DNA of 45,199 nt from Trichomonas gallinae. Lineage: Eukaryota. Location of the stretch: positions 1 to 45,199 of the forward strand of contig MRSU01001666.1 in assembly GCA_008369845.1 (NCBI GenBank), in the 5' to 3' direction. Positions 1 to 9,900 of this stretch are shown in pieces. Numbering within the stretch: the first letter of the stretch is position 1; each line of letters starts with the position of its first letter. Position numbers and translations under genes: made by a program. The notes beneath the pieces were generated by a model. The model was not told the DNA's origin. It saw nothing but the letters and a program-made list of their open reading frames with translations, and ran no database searches.

Positions 1-116
1 AGTATGTTGGCAGCAATAAAATCCTCGCGACTCATTCTGAAGAAAAGTTTGCTGAACACGCAAGTCATCGAGAAAGTGGAGAAAGAGTTTCCCCCCTTTT
101 AAAAAAAGAATATTAA
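1..116 (+). CDS. 3' end of a gene truncated by the window edge (frame ambiguous)
   Basis: GC-richer, coding-like sequence. Frame 1 is open to TAA at 100-102 (SMLAAIKSS...EKEFPPF*) and frame 3 is open to TAA at 114-116; AT-rich sequence follows. Converges on the next gene. Confidence 0.5.
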   Translation, partial: YVGSNKILATHSEEKFAEHASHRESGERVSPLLKKEY

Positions 117-143
117 GGAAAACAAACAGTTATTTATTTATGA

Positions 144-1226
144 TTATATATTCAAGTGCTCTCTTCTCTTCGCCATTTTAGCTTCATGTTTCAAGCGCAT
201 TACTTCTCTCTTCATAGTTTCATTCTGCTGGCGGACCTCAGCGAGCTGTCTATCGCGCTGGTCAAGTGTTTGATTCAAGCTCGCCAACTTTTGCGTTAAT
301 GTTCTGATCTTATCATCTTCTTGCTGCTGCTGTGCACCTTTTGTGATTGCGTTCTGGTATTCTATCTTGAGCTGCTCACCTTGTGTGACGACAGACTCGA
401 TCTGTCTTTTGTGCTGCGCGTCCATAGAGTCCATTTGTCGCATTGCTGCCTGGATTCTCTTTTCATTTTCGATTTTGCGACGCTTTAATGGCTCTACTTC
501 GCGCTCTTGGATGTCTTTCATCCTTCTAAGTCGATCTTTGTACTTTTCATCGATTTGCCTTAGTTTTTGGAGCAAATTTTCGAGATTAATTCTATGTTCC
601 TTTTCAGACTCTTCTAAAGTTGAAACACATTGAGAAAGCTGCTGTTTTGCTGCAATAAGGGAATCAAATCTTTCTTTGTTCTTATCTTTAAGGGCATTTT
701 CAAGTGATTTAACACGATTAAGTTCAATTTCTTGATTCTCCATGATTTCGTCTTCTGTATCTGAGTGTCCACGCTTCTCTTGATCTGAGATCTTTTGCTT
801 CACGCGTTCAATCATTTCCTTAGTTTTTTTGATTTCATCCGTGATTCCTTTAGTTCTCTGCTGTGTCAAGTTATCAGAGTACTGCTCAATCTGCGCGAGT
901 TTGCTCTCGAATTCTTGGTGAATGTCATTAATAACTTCGCTCTGTTGCTGAGTAATACTGAAAATTCTTTCAGAATGCGCTGTATTTAAGCGTGCCTTGA
1001 TTGTTTCGATTGAAGCTTTCTGCTTTCTTTCCTTGCCTACCACTTTGGCCTCTTGATGGTTGACTTTATCCTTCTCAATGTTGATTTGATCTTCAATTTG
1101 CGCGATTTCGGCGTTTGTCTGAACAATATCGTGTTTGAGACGCTCAATTTCATCGTCTTTGAGTGTAAGTTCCTGTTGCACTTTGGCCTGGAACTTGCTA
1201 ATCTGTCTATCAAGCGAAACAGTCAT
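144..1226 (-). CDS. Coiled-coil protein, function unknown (360 aa)
   Basis: Long ORF, E/K/Q-rich heptad-like composition, almost no Pro; A-rich context before the ATG (AAAATG). Confidence 0.85.
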   Translation of the reverse strand: MTVSLDRQISKFQAKVQQELTLKDDEIERLKHDIVQTNAEIAQIEDQINIEKDKVNHQEAKVVGKERKQKASIETIKARLNTAHSERIFSITQQQSEVINDIHQEFESKLAQIEQYSDNLTQQRTKGITDEIKKTKEMIERVKQKISDQEKRGHSDTEDEIMENQEIELNRVKSLENALKDKNKERFDSLIAAKQQLSQCVSTLEESEKEHRINLENLLQKLRQIDEKYKDRLRRMKDIQEREVEPLKRRKIENEKRIQAAMRQMDSMDAQHKRQIESVVTQGEQLKIEYQNAITKGAQQQQEDDKIRTLTQKLASLNQTLDQRDRQLAEVRQQNETMKREVMRLKHEAKMAKRREHLNI

Positions 1227-2038
1227 TTTGGATTTTTTCCGTTTAGAAATTTCTTTACATCTCAGAAATATTTTTGTTATGTAAAATATTACACGTCAAT
1301 AAATTAAAAAGCATTTTCTAAATCAATATCAATATACTTTAGAATAAGCAATCATTTTCTCATTCTAAAAGTAAAATTCAGCAAAATTTGGATATACAAA
1401 ATATAAATTCTTCGAGAAAAATTGCAATTTCTTGAATCTCAAATAACTTTTTGAAATATTATGCAAGCAAAATCATCATATAGATTACAAATGCTTTGTT
1501 CAATATCAAAGTTCTTCGCTGGGCCAATTTCGAGAATCTAAATTTGTGATAATTTCATAGAATTTTAATGTTAGAAATCCTTTTGGCATGAATAGAAAGA
1601 TGCAATTCTTGAGTTTGAGTAAGAAACAACGATATAAATTTTAATTTCGAATATTCTACAAGAAAATCGAGTAAATAATATTTACTTTATCTGATATTAT
1701 TAGGGTGTATAGTATAATATCATATTTAACGATTAGTTAGGTTCAGTTCTAATCTATATGATAGTGGACGTCGAACATTAACCTGGTGAAATTTGAACTG
1801 ATAGATTTATAATTTTGCTCCAATTTATTATGTTTGTTTTTGAAATTCAATAATGATCTAAAATCTTCGAAAATAATAACAATTTATTGACTAATTAAAT
1901 CTAAAAAATTAAATTATTATCGAAATAACATGCAATCGTTTTAAGGATTGCTATTATTCTGTATGAACAGTCAATTTGCATTTTCCTAAATTACAAATTC
2001 TAAATATAATTTGATCTTGCGTATAAATTCTATATACT

Positions 2039-2986
2039 TTATTCTGTCTTTTGCTTCTGGAAAATTTCCTTGTTTGTACGATCTATTGCTTTAGTTCCGA
2101 GCGTGTTAGCGATTGCGAGTTGTGCTTCAATTGCCCTTTCTGCAGGGGTAGAGTTTTCTCCTTTTGTATGTATGGTCTTAAGGAAGTGAATATCGAGTGT
2201 CATGAATGGAATTGAGTATAACTGGTAAAAGTACATGAAAATATTATTATGAAGCCAAGCAGGAGTCTGCTGACCTTTGAAGAACGGAAGCCACGATCTG
2301 TAGCATATGGCAATTGGTTGTACAGGAACGCCAGAGACAAAAATGCCTGTTCTGAATGCAAGAACAGCATCTCCATTTGTGATCTTTCCTTCTGGGAAAA
2401 CAACAACAGGAAGCCTTGTTGGATCTTGTGCAAGGTCAGACATCTGCTGAGTGGCTCCTTGCGTTTTAGATCTATCGATATAAAGAAGATCAAATACGGA
2501 AGCACATATTTCAATGAATGGATTACCACGCAGACCATCATGGCCAACAATTGTGAACGGAATCCAGTAAAGAATATTGACGATATCGATCATTGTGATG
2601 TGGTTGCAAACGAATGCGCGTGCTTCAGGATCGATTTCGTTGAATTTGTTGATCTTAACGATACCTGCCAAGAATAAGACTGTTCTAATGACGGGTTTCG
2701 AGATGTTGTGAGCCCAGCGCTTAAATTCAATTGGTGTTTTGAAGCTGGACCTAAACATCAAAGCGATTTTAAGCGTGATTGTAAACACGAAAAGGAAGAT
2801 AACTGTAAGAAGGAACCTGATCAAACCAAGAGAAACAACCCAAAAGATAAACCTTACTATTTCCTGGCTGCGAGTTAGAGGATAAACAGCGAAAAGCGCT
2901 TGAAACTCCTCATCTGTGACTTCTGATTGAACGTTCTGATTATGAAGGTCAGAGCTTTCAGATGGGACATTGATATAGAGTTTCAT
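2039..2986 (-). CDS. Lysophospholipid acyltransferase (PlsC/LPCAT-like)
   Basis: HX4D catalytic motif (NHITMID), block II YIDR, block III VFPEG, FRTGIF and VPVQPIAI; N-terminal hydrophobic segment; the stop codon forms TAAA. Confidence 0.9.
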   Translation of the reverse strand: MKLYINVPSESSDLHNQNVQSEVTDEEFQALFAVYPLTRSQEIVRFIFWVVSLGLIRFLLTVIFLFVFTITLKIALMFRSSFKTPIEFKRWAHNISKPVIRTVLFLAGIVKINKFNEIDPEARAFVCNHITMIDIVNILYWIPFTIVGHDGLRGNPFIEICASVFDLLYIDRSKTQGATQQMSDLAQDPTRLPVVVFPEGKITNGDAVLAFRTGIFVSGVPVQPIAICYRSWLPFFKGQQTPAWLHNNIFMYFYQLYSIPFMTLDIHFLKTIHTKGENSTPAERAIEAQLAIANTLGTKAIDRTNKEIFQKQKTE

Positions 2987-3106
2987 TTATTTGATAATAT
3001 TACTTGATTGCAAATCATTTTTGACATGTAAATTAGCGATCATCTTTTTATTTGTGTTTGATTTTGAATAGAATGACGATTATATAAATAGTTGAATAAA
3101 TGTAAT

Positions 3107-3179
3107 GCTTTCGTAGCTCAACCGGTAGAGCGTAGGTCTCATAATCCTAAGGTCGCGCGTTCGAATCCCGCCGAAAGCA
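3107..3179 (+). tRNA. tRNA-Met (CAT), elongator type
   Basis: Cloverleaf read by eye: acceptor GCTTTCG/CGAAAGC plus discriminator A; D-arm GCTC-AACCGGTA-GAGC; anticodon arm TAGGT-CTCATAA-TCCTA with CAT at 3140-3142 and a T:T 31-39 pair; T-loop TTCGAAT. G1-C72 and the TTC loop argue against an initiator tRNA. Confidence 0.95.
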
Positions 3180-3185
3180 AATTGG

Positions 3186-3201
3186 TTTTTTCTTTTTTTT
3201 T
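3186..3201 (+). terminator. RNA polymerase III oligo-T terminator of tRNA-Met
   Basis: Two T-runs (TTTTTT C TTTTTTTTT) beginning 7 nt after the tRNA discriminator base. Confidence 0.7.
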
Positions 3202-4651
3202 AAACTTTACTTATAACTTTCATTCTATTTGTGCTGGTATTGTTTTCTAGATATGAACAATTAGTCAAAGTCATGAACTAATCTCCCTATACCTTTATTT
3301 TAATTATTTGCGCTTAATCAAACGATATTATATTCGAACTATGTGAATTTACGCTATTTCTGTAAATCATCACAAAAATGCTGCGATATATCATTATCCT
3401 AAATGATATTTCTTAAGTTCGGATTTTTTTGTAAATTATTTTATTTTTTTAAATATGAAATTCAAATTCGGTCAATACTCGATTACAAGCTAAAAAATAG
3501 CATAATATGCATAATACTACTAAGTAATATCCTTATACAAATATCAATAAGCATGGTTTCTTCTTTGCAGCCATTCTATCTTCATTTTGTACATGCTTCT
3601 TTCTTAATTTTTTTCTTCTTTTTCTTTCTACTCGATCTTTCTTCTGTTCAGCTTCTGTTCTTGTGAAATATTTATTCACACTAGAATATATGTCATGTAA
3701 AGTTTCATTTTTTCTGCCGCTGTTTTCAGTCAACAAACGAATTTAAGCTCTTTATATTTAAAATATCTAATGTGCTTGATGTATCGTCTGCAGGGCATAA
3801 GTTCTACTCCAAATAGAAAGGTAAAAAAAAATTATCAAAATTATAATGAATAAATCAAGTGAAAATCATTTGTATATCACTATAAGATAATGAAATAATA
3901 TATTTCCTGCGCTCATAGACTTCATTTTGAGTCAAGATGGATTTCTTGACACATTTTGATACAGCAACATGCCAATATTATTAAACAAAACAGCATTAAA
4001 CACAATTTATAACGTTGTATCTGAAGATAAATGGCTAAAACTATGATTTGATCATCAAATTCTTGTCCCAATTTTCACGAACATTGGCAGTAATTGGTAT
4101 TACTGAATACGTTCACATTATGTGGCCTATCCAACAACTATGTTAAGATAAAGTGAGATAAAACTGTATAATTTTAGGTCAGTTTTTCCGAACATTTCAG
4201 GAATCTTATTTCCTTTATTATTTAGCATGATAAGCATCATCTCTCAACATTCTCTTGATGTTTTCTTCTTTTGTCATAATTATGCGTCAAAAGTAATATT
4301 ATTTTTCTTCCAAATCAAATTTTGTACGATAATTTTTTGTAACGATCAACTCAAATTTCATTGCCAATGTTTTCTACATGATCTTTAAGACCTATAAATG
4401 ATATGATCTTAAAACGTGACACATTTTTTGTGAACATTATTTTTTTCTTGGGGATTGACATGTTTAATATGTAGAACAAAATCGTTAGTTTTATACATTT
4501 GATAAGTTTACGCAAATTTATGAAAATTGGTCATAAAATTGGTTAGCTTTATATATAACTGTGAACACAACATAAATTGACTTTGAATTGTATTTCTCAA
4601 ATTTTTCTGGACCAAAATTTTTTCTTATAAACTGAACTTCAATAAAATAAA

Positions 4652-5425
4652 ATGGGTTGCGCTGAGTCCATGAGCGATACACCAATGAAGCCATCTAGTG
4701 ACATTAAGAAGGGACACGTTAGACAGTATAGCGATGACATTGTCAAGGTTAAGAATTCTACAGGAATAAAGTTACATTTCGATGTTGGACGGATCGGTGG
4801 AAGGGCGTTCGAGGCTCAAGACCTATCCAGTTGCGCTGTTTATGTATCTGATCTCACAGATCGAATGACCATCATGAACTGCAGCCACTGTACGTTCGCA
4901 TTGGCAACTGTTCGTAATACAATTCAAGTGATAAACTGCACTGACTGCCAGTTCACTGTTGTTTGCAGACAATTTAGAATAAGAAACTCATCGAATTGCG
5001 ATGTCTTTTTACACACAAAAGACAAATCAATCATTGAAAAGTCAAGAAGAATTACTTTTGCTTGTGGAACATACTCGTACCACAAGATCATCGATCAGAT
5101 GGTTGCTGCACATCTTGATCCATATATGAACATGTTTTCGAAAGTTTACGATATAACACCGGGATTATCTGAATATCAAGTTAAGGAAGGTGAACGATCA
5201 TCAATTTCCTCGGGTGATGGGTCATGTTTATTGCCTTATTTCTATACATCATCCGGAAGATGCACTTCATTAGAATTGCCTTCATCTAGCTGGGAAGATT
5301 TAACACGCGCTTCTTTCAAGGAAAACGTTAAACTTACCGCACTACGTAATAATGGTAGCATTATATTTGCTTCTTTCGATGAAAATCATGTCCCATCTAA
5401 CGATCTTTCCATAGAACAATCCTGA
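4652..5425 (+). CDS. RP2/XRP2-like TBCC-domain protein (putative ARL3-GAP-like)
   Basis: N-terminal MGC (myristoylation plus palmitoylation pattern as in RP2). Beta-helix TBCC domain with CRQFRIRNSSNCDVFLH matching the RP2 QQFR arginine-finger motif, then SIIEKS...ITF and LDPYMNMFSKVYDITP. Confidence 0.8.
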   Translation: MGCAESMSDTPMKPSSDIKKGHVRQYSDDIVKVKNSTGIKLHFDVGRIGGRAFEAQDLSSCAVYVSDLTDRMTIMNCSHCTFALATVRNTIQVINCTDCQFTVVCRQFRIRNSSNCDVFLHTKDKSIIEKSRRITFACGTYSYHKIIDQMVAAHLDPYMNMFSKVYDITPGLSEYQVKEGERSSISSGDGSCLLPYFYTSSGRCTSLELPSSSWEDLTRASFKENVKLTALRNNGSIIFASFDENHVPSNDLSIEQS

Positions 5426-6925
5426 TTCATAGATTAATAACAATAAACCTGTTTGATACTTTTATTATGCAAATATATAATTCTTAATTTCAAATTTATT
5501 TTCAAAGATTGGATAATATAAATTCAGTTGATCGTACTTAGCACAAAATAACCCTTGATCCTAGGGCTAACGAATGCACATAGAAATAGACGCTTTAGTG
5601 AAAATTTTTCGGTGAAAAATTTTACGAAAATCGTTTTGCACTATTGGCCAAGTCAACTGAATGTGGTACAATTTATATAACGAACGTTGGAAAATTTTTG
5701 GTGATGCTGGTCTCTCAAAATAAATTTTTTCTAAACAGATGGCATCAACCATGATTCTTCATGCATTTGATGCCCTATTGAGTGAACTTGAGTTCTACTG
5801 GATTTGTTCAGCTATGATGTAAAATATTGTGAATCCTTCGATATCTTAATTGTATTACATGCATATTGATCAAAATATATACTCACTATAATCAATGGGG
5901 TTCAATTTATAGACTCAGATAGAATATGTCTCTATATTTTTAGGTTCTTTCAAATTTCAACATTTTCGCAACATTTGAGCATCTAATATTATAAATATTG
6001 TACAGTATTGCATATATTTAATGTTAAAATTTTAAAATAAAACACTTTAATGTTCCATATAATAATATCCATGCATATTAGGTATTTCATGCTTCAATAA
6101 TGATATAGTAACGATTAATACCATAACCAATGAACCGATGGCGCTGGAAAACATTTAATTTTGACCGATCAGGATCGGAAATGAGTACAATCTTCTTCTT
6201 TTGGATTTGAATTACTATTCTCACATTTAAGACGATTTCAGCTACTACCGAGCTTACTCATTTAAAATATTTTTATCGCAAAATTATTTCGTTATTTCAT
6301 TGCCAAATATAGATAGGATATCAGCATAGAACATGTTAGGCATAATACGAAATCAACTCTTGTCGGATATCCAAAATTCAATCTTTGATATAAAGAATCG
6401 TCTTTTTGATCAACTAAATATTGATAATATATTAATACACAGCTATAGAAGCTGTTATATATGCATTATAACGTTATCTGACCAATAATGCTTAAATAAT
6501 TAATTAGATTTATGATAACAGCAAAGACATAATATTCGACGAATCACTAGTCTATTGCTGCAATGTGTTATGTTGCCTGATTAGATTCTGTAGCAAAGAA
6601 TGAAAATTGACATTTTTGACAATAAAGTCAAATTTGATACTTTACGTGTCATATATTGTTTTCAAACATTAATTAATTTCATAAGGATAAAGCAGTGGTC
6701 TCTGTAAACACTGTGCACACTCTTTGCTAGTTCCAAAGGAACTATTAAAGGTAAAACTACACTCTTATAAACGTATAATTTAAATATATATACGCAGGCA
6801 AGCGAGTATAATTATAGTTTATTTGGTAAATTTTCAGAAAGAAAAAAAAATGCAAAAAAAATTCACGCCAATTTTTTTTTTTTTTTTTGTTTTCAGTTTT
6901 TTTTTATTGGCCAGATTTTAAATAA

Positions 6926-9900
6926 ATGAGTGTTGCATCTCTCGCAGAGCGAAGAACAAAGAGAGGTGTTAAGCACATTAATTACAATGAGACACAACTG
7001 TGGAATCGAACACTTCAAGACTCATCTGAATCCGACGGAGAAGATTCAAGAAATTCGAGAAGCGGTGGAAGAAATCAAGATAAATCCAAGAACTACAATG
7101 ATTACTCAGAATCAGAGTCTGAAGAGCAGGAATTTAGCGATACTACACCATCCGAGTCAGAAAATTCGGATGAATCTGGAGAAGAAAAAAATGAATCCTC
7201 GAACGAATACGATGAATACGGTTACGAAGAGGAAGAAGAGGAATACGAAGATGTGCTAATTGTTCAGTCTATCCTTGGTAAGAAGGATACAAATGAAGAT
7301 TCGCCTGCAAATAAAAATGATATTGAGTACTACGTCAAGTTCCAAGACAGAGCATATATTCATTGCCAATGGTTAAAAGCAAAAGAAATCAAAGAATTAG
7401 AAGGCGGCGAAAATGCACTTAATCGTTTCGAGAATAGGTGCCACAAATTCGTTCTCTCACCATCAGTTAGTATTGACAACTTACTTACCTTCGAAGATCA
7501 AGAAATTAATCAAGTTTGGTTCAAAATCGACAGAATTATCGATGAAAGAGGTGACCCAGATGACATGGATGACCTTGAGTATCTTGTTAAATGGCGAGCA
7601 CTCGAATATGACGAAGCTACATGGGAAAAGGCAACAGAAATCATGAAATTAGACAAAGATAAGATAAAAGAATACAAAGAACACCTTACAATCGCGAATC
7701 CAAAGAAGATTCCGTCAAGATGGAAACGTCCAAGCGCAAAAGAATTCCAAGAACTTACAAAATCACCAGTTTCCAAGCATGGTTATGAGCTTCGTGATTA
7801 TCAGCTCGCTGGTCTTAACTGGCTCCGCTACAGCTGGTACAACAAGAGGAACAATATTCTTGCTGATGAGATGGGTCTCGGTAAAACTGCGCAAACTGTT
7901 TCTCTTCTCGAGTCTCTTAAGAACCACGAAGACTTACGCGGCCCGTTCCTCGTTGTTGCGCCATTGTCAACGCTTCCTCACTGGAGAAATGAATTCGAAG
8001 AGTGGAGTACATTGAATACTGTTGTCTATCATGGCAACGCTGACTGCAGGGAGCTCATCAAGCGCTCAGAGTTCAACGTTCTCAACAGCCAGGGCAGAAT
8101 CATGCCAAATGCAGTTCAATTTGATGTCCTCGTCACAAATTATGAAACAGTTCTCCAAGATTTCAACGTTTTCGCAGGAATTGAGTGGAGATACATCATT
8201 TTCGATGAAGCGCATAAGCTCAAGAACTCTAAAGGCAAGCTTTACCAGAAGATCGAAACTCTTACATTCGAGCACTGTACACTATTAACTGGTACACCAA
8301 TCCAAAACAACATGGAAGAATTATGGGGACTCCTACATATTCTTTTCCTCTACCAGCCGAACTTCTTCACACTCGAAGAGTTTAATGAGAAATACGGCAA
8401 CATGAACGACGCCAAACAAGTCAAGAGCATCCAAAAACTTATCAAACCGCTGATTCTGAGAAGAAGGAAGTCAGATGTCGAAAAGTCAATTGCTGCAAAA
8501 GAAGAAACAATCGTCAGGGTTGAATTAACAAGAGTGCAAAAGAAGTTCTACAGAGCTCTTCTGTCAGATAACGCAGGCACTTTGTTGGAGCAAATCACTG
8601 GATCATCTGTCAACTCACTGCAAAATATCGCGATGCAGTTGAGAAAAGTTTGCAATCATCCTTATCTGCTCAAGAATGCGGAAGAAAGTGTTGTCAAAGA
8701 CAGAATGGCGGACCCGGCAAACAAAGGCAAATCTAAGGAACAGATAGAACTCGAAGGATTAGTTGAATCATCAGGCAAAATGGTTTTCATCGATAAACTG
8801 TTGCCAAAGCTGAAAAGTGAAGGCCACAAAGTCCTGATCTTCAGCCAGATGGTCAGGGTTCTTAGTATCATCACTACATTCCTTGAAGCTCACCACTACA
8901 AATACGAAAGAATCGACGGCAGCGTTGGAGAAAATGACAGACAGGCAGCTATAGACAGATTCAATACTGATCCAGACGCGTTTGTATTCCTTTTGTCAAC
9001 TAAAGCAGGTGGTGTCGGTATCAACCTGACAGCAGCAAACACTGTCATCATCTACGACAGCGACTGGAACCCGCAGAATGATATCCAGGCAGAAGCAAGA
9101 TGCCACAGAATCGGTCAGACACAGAAAGTCAAAGTTTACAGACTCGTCACTCACAACACGTACGAAGAGAAGATGTATGAGCGCGCGTCAAAAAAGCTCG
9201 GCTTAGATCACGTCGTCTTGGATGGCGGAGACATGAACAAAGAGAAGCCAATGAAAGCGAAAGAGATCGAAGAAATGCTTAGAAACGGTGTTGCAAATAT
9301 TTTCAAGGACGATAATACTGAAGCTGATGCATTCACTGCTGCAGATATTGACCAGATTCTCGAGAGAAGGGCCACTTCAACAACAGTCGATGTTGTTTCA
9401 GGAGGTGACTCCTTCTTTGCGACTGCAAACTTCAAGGCCGATAACGATAACATAGACATGAACAGTGCTGACTTCTGGGCGGAGATTCTCCCTGAAGCGC
9501 GCATGGACAGGTTCAGTCAGCCAACGATGAGACGCTGCAGGCAGACGAAGCTCGAGAACGAGATAATCAACGGCGAGAAAGACACCGACATGAAAAGTTC
9601 AATCCTCGAAATCACTTATAAAGGATATACAGGCCGCCCATACGAAAGGCAGCTCCTTCTGGCCGCAATGTCCCTCTACAAATCCAAGAGCAAACAAGAC
9701 AGAAAAGCCATCGCCAAAATCATGGAGAAATTGCCACCTGAAGAGCCAGGTGAAGTCGAAAGATTCTTAGGAGAAAAAGGCGTCGAAGTAGAACCGCAAA
9801 TTGAAAAAATCTACTCAAGATGCGCTTTCTTCTACAGACTGCGCCGCATTCTTTACGTTATACAGCTCGGAGAATTCAAGTGGCCCGCAATTCTTCCCCC

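Noticed and set aside
5567..5850. Short ORF or protein-like fragments downstream of the RP2-like gene
   Set aside because: Too short and ambiguous in strand and frame to call a gene or pseudogene.
6692..6712. ACAGAGA on the minus strand suggesting U6 snRNA
   Set aside because: The following AGATTAGCATGG / internal stem-loop of U6 is absent.
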